A DNA stretch of 64,000 nt from Bacteroidetes bacterium GWF2_38_335 (lineage in GTDB: Bacteria > Bacteroidota > Bacteroidia > Bacteroidales > GWF2-38-335). Each line of letters starts with the position of its first letter. Position 1 is the first letter of the stretch. The notes under the pieces were generated by a model that saw only the letters and a program-made list of their open reading frames with translations, was not told where the DNA came from and ran no database searches. This document shows, piece by piece, positions 45,271-53,179 of the stretch. The position numbers and the translations under genes were made by a program. The stretch covers positions 65,787-129,786 of the forward strand of contig MEOH01000019.1 of NCBI GenBank assembly GCA_001769535.1, written 5' to 3'.

Positions 45271-48200
45271 ATGAAACGTATTATTTTCTTATTTTTTCTT
45301 TCTTTTTTCGTTTGGGTTTCATACTCCCAAAACCCCGTTCTGGTTCCCCAGGAGGGATTTCTTGGAACTGTTACCAATATTGCTTACAGTCAGGATGGCC
45401 GATATCTGGCCTCTTGTGGTAAAGGCGATCCTGCCATTAAAATTTGGGAGGTTGCAACGAATAAAATGTGTGGGAAACTTGAAGGACATACCGATCTTGT
45501 TACCGCGCTCTGTTTTAGTCCCGACGGCAAATTCCTCGCCAGCGGCAGCAAAGACAATCTGGTGATTCTCTGGGATCTGACAAAATGGGAATTGTCAAAA
45601 AAATATTCAGGTCACTTAAAAGAAATTACGGCTGTTTGCTTTTCGGGTGATGGCAATTTTGTTGTGAGCGCAAGCAATGATAAAACAGTCAAAGTATGGA
45701 ATATAAGTGAAGTTAAGGAAAAATTCACCCTGACGGAGCATAAAAATGATGTCACCGTGGTTGCTGTGAGCTCAGATAATAAATATCTTGTCAGTGGATC
45801 TGATGACAACAGTCTGATAGTTTGGGATTTCCAATCAGGAACCCTGCTTAAAAAAATCAAAGCTCAGAAAAAAAGAATTACCTCACTGGCCTTTTTACCC
45901 AATAACACGGCATTTCTTTCATCTTCGATGGATAAAACCATAAAACTTTGGGATGTGGTTTCGGGTACAGCCGTCAAAGAATATGCTGCAGCTTCAGGAA
46001 TTGTAAATATGTCAGTTGAAAGCAGCGGAAAAAGCTTTTTTACTGTTGATAAAGAAAATGTTATTCAAGTCTGGGATGTTGGTCTGGGATCTGTTATTGC
46101 AACAATCAATAAAAAGGAGGATGAAAAGGCAAAGGATGATGAGGAACCTATAAAAGCACTGGCTTGCAATCCGAATGGTTTATATTTTGCTACAGCCGGT
46201 TACAGTAAAAATATTTTTGGAAAAATAAGTTCAGACGAAAATGCAATCAAAATATGGGATGTAAAATCAAACACATTATTTAAAACTATTAATGGTGAAG
46301 TGTTTCCTGTGCATAATTTGTGCTTTAGTCCCGCAGGAAACATTCTGGCTTCTATGACCAAAAACCGGCTTTTTGTTTGGGATGTGGTAAATGCCGAGTA
46401 TATTGCCGGAATTGAATTTGCTGAACCGCAGGAAAAGAAGTCGGGCGGACTGTTATCCAAAACTGCCGATGCGCTGGAAGGTGTCAAATATACCTACAGA
46501 ATAGAATTTACACAGAATGGTGAATACCTTGTTGTAAAATCGCCCGATGATAATACCGGTTTGAAGGTGTATCATTTTTCAGACAATCAGCTTAAGCTCA
46601 ATAATGTTATTATGTGCAACAATCTGGGTTATAAGCCTGCAAATGCCACATCGCTCTATAATCCACTGTCAAAACGCAAGGATTATCCTGTTCATGATTT
46701 TGCACTCTTTCCGGATAGTAATTACGTGGCCGTTGGAACCACCGGTGATACAGCCGTAGTCATTTTTAACCTGCTCAATGGTAGTATTTTTAAGATGCTC
46801 GAAACACCCACCGAAAAAAATATCAAAAGTCAATCTTCAACAACCGGTCAGTTTAATAAAGATAAAGTTATTGCAATTACTTTCAGTCCTGACGGCAAAT
46901 ACCTTGCAGGTGCCTTTGAAAGCGGACCAATTTATGTTTGGGAAACAGAGTCGTGGAATCTGCTTTTTGTTCAGCTGGACAACATACTTTCAAGTGGTTT
47001 AAGCAATACCACTTATATTGGAAATGCTTTCTTTGAATTCAGTAAGGATGGAAAAACACTGTATTACGGAAGACGGGAAGATGTTTGGGTTTTTAGTTAT
47101 GCTGATTCAGGACCCTGGCCCTTTAAAAAGATCAAAGGAGGTTCAGATATAACTACATTATTGAGTACCGAAAAAACACTTGCCGGAAAGCTTGACCGGT
47201 CTGTTTGTTTGTACGAAAATGAATCATCAAAAATAATGGGCAGCCATGATGCGAAGGTCACAGCCCTTGCTTTTGACCAGAAATCGGGATTGCTTGCCAG
47301 TGCCGGTGATGACGGTAAAATTAAAGTATGGGATCCCGTTACCGGCAAAGAAGTTTTCAGTGTCCTCAACAGCCAGTCGGGTGATTACGTGTTTGTCACT
47401 CCCGATCATTATTACAAAGCATCCAAAAAAGGTCTTGACCTGGTAACCTATCGGGTGGGAAAAGAAATTTATCCATTTGAGCAATTTGATTTGCAGTACA
47501 ACCGACCGGGAATTATTCTGGAAAGAGCAAAAAATCCCGATTTGGATAAAATTACTGCTTATCATTCGGCGTATGCCAAAAGGTTAAAAAAGCTCAAGAT
47601 GGATGAAAAAATGTTTGGTTCTGATATGCAGATTCCCCAGTTATCAATCCTTAACAGAAATGAAATACCTTACACCTGGACTGCCGACACGCTCAAAGTA
47701 AAAGTAAAATGCGCTGATGCAAAATATCAGCTTGAACGGTTGAATATATTCATAAATAATGTTCCCATTTATGGAGTGGGCGGGTTGTCTTTGAAAGAAA
47801 GCAAGTCGCAGACCGATGAAAGAGCAATACAAATTCCAATGGCCGCCGGAAAAAACATCATCCGTTTTTCATGTCATAACCAGAAAGGCGCCGAGTCATT
47901 GATGGAAACAATTGAATTGACCTACGAACCAAAAGAAAAAAAGAAGCCCGATTTGTATATTGTGACAATAGGAGCATCTGTATATTCCGACAAAAGATTT
48001 AACCTCACCTATGCCTCAAAGGATGCCAAAGATATGGCCGAATTGTTTAAAACCAGCCCGGTTTATGGCAATGTTTTCACCAAAACCCTTACAGATAATG
48101 AAGTCACAAAAGTCAACATACAAAAGGTCAAAGCTTTTCTTGAAAAAGCAGGAAGAGATGATGTGGTGATTCTGTTTATTGCAGGCCATGGATTATTAGA

Positions 48201-48765
48201 CACCAAAATGGATTATTATTTTGGAACCAGTGATATTGATTTCAACAATCCCTCGGTTAAAGGAATGGAATACGCAGCCATTGAAGCTTTGCTTGACGGT
48301 TTAAAAGCCCTGAAAAAACTATTATTTATGGATACCTGTCACAGCGGTGAACTTGATAAGGATGAGGTTGAAACGGCATCTCAAGAAACAGCTGAGACCG
48401 GAGATATATCTTTCAGAAATGCAGGAGCCGGTGTAAGAAAAAAAGAAGGGTTCGGAATGAAAAATACCAGTGACCTGATGAAGGAATTATTTACCGATCT
48501 CAGAAAGGGAACAGGTTCGACAGTTATTTCGAGTGCCGGAGGCGCAGAGTTTGCCATGGAAAGCGGTGAGTGGAAAAATGGATTGTTTACCTTTTGTCTC
48601 AAAGAAGCATTGACTTCAAAAAAAGCTGATTTGAATAACGATGGCAGCATCACAATTTCCGAATTGCAGCAATATGTTCAGGAAAGAGTTGTTGAGCTTT
48701 CAAAGGGAAAGCAGCAGCCAACTTCAAGGATTGAAAACCTGATTCTGGATTTTAATATCTGGTAG
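45271..48765 (+). CDS. exported WD40-repeat protein with C-terminal caspase (Peptidase C14) domain
   Basis: Signal peptide MKRIIFLFFLSFFVWVSYSQ. Many WD40 units (GHTDLVTALCFSPDGKFLASGSKDNLVILWD, HDAKVTALAFDQKSGLLASAGDDGKIKVWD). Caspase domain (LYIVTIGASVYSD...VVILFIAGHGLLD...LLFMDTCHSGE). Confidence 0.9.
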   Translation: MKRIIFLFFLSFFVWVSYSQNPVLVPQEGFLGTVTNIAYSQDGRYLASCGKGDPAIKIWEVATNKMCGKLEGHTDLVTALCFSPDGKFLASGSKDNLVILWDLTKWELSKKYSGHLKEITAVCFSGDGNFVVSASNDKTVKVWNISEVKEKFTLTEHKNDVTVVAVSSDNKYLVSGSDDNSLIVWDFQSGTLLKKIKAQKKRITSLAFLPNNTAFLSSSMDKTIKLWDVVSGTAVKEYAAASGIVNMSVESSGKSFFTVDKENVIQVWDVGLGSVIATINKKEDEKAKDDEEPIKALACNPNGLYFATAGYSKNIFGKISSDENAIKIWDVKSNTLFKTINGEVFPVHNLCFSPAGNILASMTKNRLFVWDVVNAEYIAGIEFAEPQEKKSGGLLSKTADALEGVKYTYRIEFTQNGEYLVVKSPDDNTGLKVYHFSDNQLKLNNVIMCNNLGYKPANATSLYNPLSKRKDYPVHDFALFPDSNYVAVGTTGDTAVVIFNLLNGSIFKMLETPTEKNIKSQSSTTGQFNKDKVIAITFSPDGKYLAGAFESGPIYVWETESWNLLFVQLDNILSSGLSNTTYIGNAFFEFSKDGKTLYYGRREDVWVFSYADSGPWPFKKIKGGSDITTLLSTEKTLAGKLDRSVCLYENESSKIMGSHDAKVTALAFDQKSGLLASAGDDGKIKVWDPVTGKEVFSVLNSQSGDYVFVTPDHYYKASKKGLDLVTYRVGKEIYPFEQFDLQYNRPGIILERAKNPDLDKITAYHSAYAKRLKKLKMDEKMFGSDMQIPQLSILNRNEIPYTWTADTLKVKVKCADAKYQLERLNIFINNVPIYGVGGLSLKESKSQTDERAIQIPMAAGKNIIRFSCHNQKGAESLMETIELTYEPKEKKKPDLYIVTIGASVYSDKRFNLTYASKDAKDMAELFKTSPVYGNVFTKTLTDNEVTKVNIQKVKAFLEKAGRDDVVILFIAGHGLLDTKMDYYFGTSDIDFNNPSVKGMEYAAIEALLDGLKALKKLLFMDTCHSGELDKDEVETASQETAETGDISFRNAGAGVRKKEGFGMKNTSDLMKELFTDLRKGTGSTVISSAGGAEFAMESGEWKNGLFTFCLKEALTSKKADLNNDGSITISELQQYVQERVVELSKGKQQPTSRIENLILDFNIW

Positions 48766-48869
48766 TTAAGAATAGCAGAAAAATCGATAATTTATTGAAA
48801 TATAGATTTATAATTATGCTTTACGCAAACTAAGTGCAAGGTTTTAATTATATTTTTTCATTTTTCTTG

Positions 48870-49055
48870 TAATGGAAACTTGTTTTCATTTCCGCCGCAA
48901 AAAGCATCACATTTCTGAATATCTTTTTGGGCGGCGGTTTTTTCTATTCATACTCTTTGTAGTAATTGAGTTTTCATAAACAAAAACGCCACCCTGAAAT
49001 AATTTAGAACCAAAAAAGCAATTGCGGCGGAAATGAAAAGTAGTTTCAATGTAAT
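48870..49055. repeat. third, diverged copy (C) of the structured repeat, arranged as an inverted pair
   Basis: Arms gtaatggaaacttgttttcatttccgccgcaa (48870-48900) and ttgcggcggaaatgaaaagtagtttcaatgtaat (49021-49055) are an imperfect inverted repeat. The right half shares the blocks TAAACAAAA, TTAGAACCAAAAAA and GCGGCGGAAATG with copy B (59113-59175). Confidence 0.7.
48892..48943 (+). terminator. terminator-like hairpin inside repeat C
   Basis: ccgccgcaaaaag ... ctttttgggcggcgg followed by TTTTTT. About 125 nt downstream of the WD40-caspase stop. Confidence 0.4.
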
Positions 49056-49241
49056 CGTGAACAAAAAAGGTACAGAGTATCATGATCCTCGAATTTTATT
49101 CGGGACGCAACCACTTTGAGTATTATTGTTTTTTGACTTAACCAGCCAAATAAATCAATTTTTCCGTTTACGTAACAATCTGCCCATGTTTTCCGTTTAT
49201 TTACAAATGCAGTAATTTTATCTGCTTAAAATTTAACCATT

Positions 49242-50105
49242 ATGAAAAAGACAATATATACCATTAGCTTAATATTGATATCAGTAATTACGGCTATATC
49301 TCAGGACATTACTTTCACAGAAAGCATGGACAAAGCTTTTGAAAGAGCAAAAAAAGAAAATAAAATAATATTTGTTGATGCCTATGCCACCTGGTGTGGC
49401 CCGTGTAAATACATGGCTAAAAATGTTTTTACTGTTGACTCGGTGGCAAAATTTTATAACACAAATTTCGTGTGCCTGAAAATTGATGTGGACATTGAAG
49501 AAGGGACTAAATTCATGAAAAACTATCCCGTTGCTGCCATGCCCACTTTTTTCTTTATTAAACCTACCGGAGAGGTGGTAAAAAAGGTTATGGGCGGAAT
49601 GGAAGCCGATAAATTCTATAATCTTGGAAAAGATGTGATCTATCCCGAACAGGCGATGGTTTATATCATGGGACAAAAATACAAATCGGGTAACCGCGAT
49701 AAAAGTTTTTTGGCCGAATATGCCCTGGAACTTCCCGAAGAGGATTCTTTGTTGAAAATTGTGATCAGTGAATATTTTAAAGATCAGCCGGTTTCATGTA
49801 TTGACTCAATCGATGGGTTTGCCGTTTTTTCATTGTGGACTGTAGGCATTGAATCGGAATTTGCCAAATATTTTGCCGGAAAATACGATGATTTTCTGCT
49901 TAGCTATGGAAAATATGCCCAAAACAAGCTAAACAGTATTATTATGGCAGAAATAGAATCAGCAACAGCTTTGAAAAATAAGTCGAGACTCGAAAACCTG
50001 TATAATTATCTCCAGCCTGTTTACCGCGATGACGAAGCAGGTTTTGCTGATATAAAAAGATTGATCGAACAAGCATACGAACAGGCTGTTAATAAGGAAA
50101 TGTAG
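49242..50105 (+). CDS. exported thioredoxin-fold protein (CGPC active site) with helical C-terminal extension
   Basis: Signal peptide (ISLILISVITAISQ) and a thioredoxin motif (FVDAYATWCGPCKYMAKNVF). Confidence 0.8.
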   Translation: MKKTIYTISLILISVITAISQDITFTESMDKAFERAKKENKIIFVDAYATWCGPCKYMAKNVFTVDSVAKFYNTNFVCLKIDVDIEEGTKFMKNYPVAAMPTFFFIKPTGEVVKKVMGGMEADKFYNLGKDVIYPEQAMVYIMGQKYKSGNRDKSFLAEYALELPEEDSLLKIVISEYFKDQPVSCIDSIDGFAVFSLWTVGIESEFAKYFAGKYDDFLLSYGKYAQNKLNSIIMAEIESATALKNKSRLENLYNYLQPVYRDDEAGFADIKRLIEQAYEQAVNKEM

Positions 50106-50165
50106 TTCCATTCCGAAAGAATTCCCGCATTATTATTCTTTTATGGTGCCAGATAATTATTCCGA

Positions 50166-50682
50166 CCGCAGGTCAGTTGCAATGTTATTTTTCCTGACTT
50201 AGTCAATGCCTAATTTTCACTTATTTATTATTTAAGACTTTGTTGTTTTTATTGTTTTTCTGTGAAGAAGTCAGCAAGGGCAAAGCCCTGGGATTGTAAG
50301 CGCGTAGGGTGAAATGAAATGCAACCCTATGCGTAATAAAAAATCCTATTTGAGATAAATGTGGAAAATATTTTTTTACACAGGGTTGCACTATGTTTCA
50401 CCCAGTGGTGATACAAATCGGTCTTTCAGACCTTTAAATTGTGTGGAGCAAGGGCAAAGCCCTGGGATTGTAAGCGCGTGGAGAAGACTGAAATGTAACT
50501 TTATATTTAAAAAGCTATTATATACTCAGGACTGCAATGTATTTTTCCCTTTTGTCTCGCTAGTGCACCTCCCATTTCCTAATTTAGTTTTATATATATT
50601 TGTTATTTAAGGCCTTGGTATTTTTAATGTTTTTGTGTGACGAAGTCAGGAGACCACAGGTCAGTTGCAATGGTTATTTTTG
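50166..50682. repeat. repeat-dense non-coding region (nested direct and inverted repeats)
   Basis: Direct pairs are X (50166-50192 / 50654-50682, caggtcagttgcaatg), Y (50229-50274 / 50604-50649, tatttaag...gaagtcag) and Z (50273-50305 / 50447-50479, agcaagggcaaagccctgggattgtaagcgcgt). There is an inverted pair, 50306-50328 / 50382-50403 (agggtgaaa..gcaaccct), and a hairpin ggtct-ttc-agacc at 50420-50432. Confidence 0.7.
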
Positions 50683-50739
50683 AATTAGTAAGTAGCTATT
50701 GAATCTTACAACCTTCTTTTGAACATTCAAAAAAAAACC

Positions 50740-50747
50740 TAACTTTG
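50740..50747 (+). promoter_or_regulatory. candidate -7 box (TAACTTTG) for the phosphatase-CHAT-CHAT operon
   Basis: Matches TAnnTTTG, 20 nt upstream of the ATG at 50768. Confidence 0.35.
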
Positions 50748-50767
50748 AATAGAAAAATTAATTGGAA

Positions 50768-53167
50768 ATGCACCGGATTTTATCTTTATTATTTTTGTTA
50801 GTTCTTTTTGCCATCGCTTCAGGCAAAAGCGAAAATATTGATTCTCTCTGGCGTGTATATGATAAGGCCGTTCATGATACTTTAAAAATTAAAATCCTGA
50901 ACGACGAAATAGGATCCTATTATCAGAGAAATAATCCCGACTCAGCAATTATCTGTTATCAGATGGCCTATGATATGGCATCAAAAGCTCTCGAAAAGAC
51001 TTCTAAAAAAGATGTCAGAGAAGCTCTTGAAATGGAAAAAATACTTGCAAACGCTTATTTGGGAGTGGTTAATTATGAAACAGGAAACAGTGAAAAATCC
51101 CTTAAATATTTATCCCTTGCAGTAAAAAATTCAAGAGACCTTTTAAAAACTATAAGCAATAAATATCAGGGAAAAATAAAGGTTATAATTGCCAGATCTT
51201 TAAATCAAATCGGAATGTCATATAAAGAACTTGGCAAATATGACAAGGCAATTGAAACGTATCAAAAATCCATTAAAGAAGCTGAAAAAATCAATGACAA
51301 ACTGATTATTTCTGATGTTAGAAGCAATATAGGATTGCTGCACCTGGATATGGGTGAGGTAATGAAGGCCATTGAATACTTTGAATTTGCAATTAAAATA
51401 AAGGAGAGCATTAAAGACATGCCCGGCTTGTCTAACTGTTATATCAATATGGGTATTGCACACCTCAGGATCAGCTATAATGACGATGGAAAACTTTCTG
51501 AAGAGGGTGTAAGGAAAGAACAGGATCTTGCACTTGATTTTTTTAAAAAATCCATCGAAATTGCTGAAAAAGTTGGAATGCAGTCAAATATTTCAAGTTT
51601 ATATGTCAATATGGGCATTGTCTATGGTAGCAGAAATGAATTTGAAAAATCTGAAGAATATTTCCTTAAAGCACTGAACCTGAATATTGAAATAGATTTC
51701 AAAGACGGCATTGCTGCCTGTTACGGTAACCTGGCCGCATTGAGTCAGATCATGGCCGAGTCGGTTGCACTTACCGAGGGACAAAAGAAAAAGTATCTTG
51801 AAAAAACTATCAATTACGGATTGCAATGCATGAAATATGCAAAGGAAATAAATTCTCTTGAACGTCAGATTTTTGCCTGTAGCACCCTTAAAACTGCCTA
51901 TGCTTCTGTAAATAATTATAAAGAGGCACTGTTTTATGCTAATGAATATCTGGAGTTGAATAAAAAAATATTCTCCGAGGATAAAACAAAAGCCATTGCA
52001 GATGCCGAGAAAAAATTCGAAACCGAAAAAAATAAACTGCTGATTGATAAACTTAATAAAGAAAAACAGCTTCAGGACTCCCAACTCAAGCTTGAACAGG
52101 AAGCATCGGAACAACAACGACTGATAAATTATTTCATCATCGCCGGTCTGATTCTTATATCCCTTTTTGCTTTTTTTATTGTTCAGCGACTCCGTATTAC
52201 CCGTAAACAAAAGAAAGTCATCGAAGTGCAAAAGGCTGTTGTGGATGAAAAAAATGTAATCCTTAACCAGCAAAACGAGGAAATAAGGGCGCAACGCGAC
52301 GAAATCGAGGCGCAGCGCGATGAAATTACCGCCCAACGCGATTTGGTTACCAATCAGAAGGAGCGCATTGAAGTCCAGAAAAAAGAAATCACCGATTCCA
52401 TTGTGTATGCAAAATATATTCAAACCGCCGTTTTACCAACCGGTGATTATGCAAAGGACATTCTGGGAGAGCACTTTATTTACTTTAATCCCAAAGATAT
52501 TGTTTCAGGCGATTTTTATTGGGCTACTAAAGTCGATAAATGGCTTGTTTTTACTGTTGCTGATTGCACCGGACATGGTGTTCCCGGAGCATTCATGAGC
52601 ATGCTGGGTGTTTCGTTCCTCAATGAAATTGTCAGGGAAAAAGAAGTAACCCTGGCAAATGAAATACTTGACCGGCTCAGAATGAAAATTATTGATGCCC
52701 TTAAACAAAAATCTCTCGGAGAAACCGACAACGGTTCGAAAAAAGCCGTATCAAGAATGAGAGATGGAATGGACATAGCCGTTTGCGTACTTAATATTGA
52801 TTCTTTACAACTTCAGTTTTCGGGAGCAAATAACGGTCTGTTTGTCGTTAAAACCGACAAATCCGTTTTTGATATTCCCGGCGATAAACAACCGGTAGCC
52901 ATTTATGAAAAAATGGTGCCTTTTACCAATCATGTGCTCGATTTGCAAACAGGCGACACCATTTACCTGAACACTGACGGTTTTACTGATCAGTTCGGGG
53001 GAGCAGAGAATAAAAAATTTATGACAAAAAGAATGAAGGAAATGTTTAAGGAAATTTCTTCACGCCCCATGTCCGAACAGCTTGTTTTTGTGAATAGTAC
53101 TTTTGAGAACTGGAAGGGAATTCGTGACCAGATTGATGATGTTACCGTTCTGGGTATTAGAATCTGA
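50768..53167 (+). CDS. TPR-sensor, single-TM, SpoIIE/PP2C-type phosphatase
   Basis: Signal peptide, about 8 TPR units and a TM helix (YFIIAGLILISLFAFFIV). Five heptads follow (AQRDEIE AQRDEIT AQRDLVT NQKERIE VQKKEIT). PP2C motifs are present (VSGDFYW...VADCTGHGVPGAFMSMLG...DGMDI...TDGFTDQFG...DDVTVLGIRI). The ORF track begins at TTG 50762, and the ATG at 50768 is equally possible. Confidence 0.85.
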   Translation: MHRILSLLFLLVLFAIASGKSENIDSLWRVYDKAVHDTLKIKILNDEIGSYYQRNNPDSAIICYQMAYDMASKALEKTSKKDVREALEMEKILANAYLGVVNYETGNSEKSLKYLSLAVKNSRDLLKTISNKYQGKIKVIIARSLNQIGMSYKELGKYDKAIETYQKSIKEAEKINDKLIISDVRSNIGLLHLDMGEVMKAIEYFEFAIKIKESIKDMPGLSNCYINMGIAHLRISYNDDGKLSEEGVRKEQDLALDFFKKSIEIAEKVGMQSNISSLYVNMGIVYGSRNEFEKSEEYFLKALNLNIEIDFKDGIAACYGNLAALSQIMAESVALTEGQKKKYLEKTINYGLQCMKYAKEINSLERQIFACSTLKTAYASVNNYKEALFYANEYLELNKKIFSEDKTKAIADAEKKFETEKNKLLIDKLNKEKQLQDSQLKLEQEASEQQRLINYFIIAGLILISLFAFFIVQRLRITRKQKKVIEVQKAVVDEKNVILNQQNEEIRAQRDEIEAQRDEITAQRDLVTNQKERIEVQKKEITDSIVYAKYIQTAVLPTGDYAKDILGEHFIYFNPKDIVSGDFYWATKVDKWLVFTVADCTGHGVPGAFMSMLGVSFLNEIVREKEVTLANEILDRLRMKIIDALKQKSLGETDNGSKKAVSRMRDGMDIAVCVLNIDSLQLQFSGANNGLFVVKTDKSVFDIPGDKQPVAIYEKMVPFTNHVLDLQTGDTIYLNTDGFTDQFGGAENKKFMTKRMKEMFKEISSRPMSEQLVFVNSTFENWKGIRDQIDDVTVLGIRI

Positions 53168-53179
53168 TAACCTGAAACT

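Noticed and set aside
48870-49055. Invertible promoter (inverton) upstream of the thioredoxin gene
   Set aside because: The inverted arms fit the geometry. However, I find no TAnnTTTG box on either strand inside the segment, and there is no nearby recombinase gene. The arms are better explained as two inverted copies of the hairpin module.
50359-50610. 83-aa ORF in the repeat-dense intergenic region
   Set aside because: It is a translation of hairpin repeats (GLHYVSP..., RSFRP, QGQSPGI) that recur as DNA repeats on both strands. There is no coding periodicity or domain.
51599-52423. Long antisense or alternate-frame ORFs (this 274-aa one, also 34429-35016, 35080-35514, 61973-62554, 5365-5967, 1570-2031, 55444-55914)
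   Set aside because: All are embedded in strongly supported domain-bearing genes on the other strand or in another frame. They have low-complexity F/I/L/N-rich composition, as expected for shadow ORFs in AT-rich DNA.
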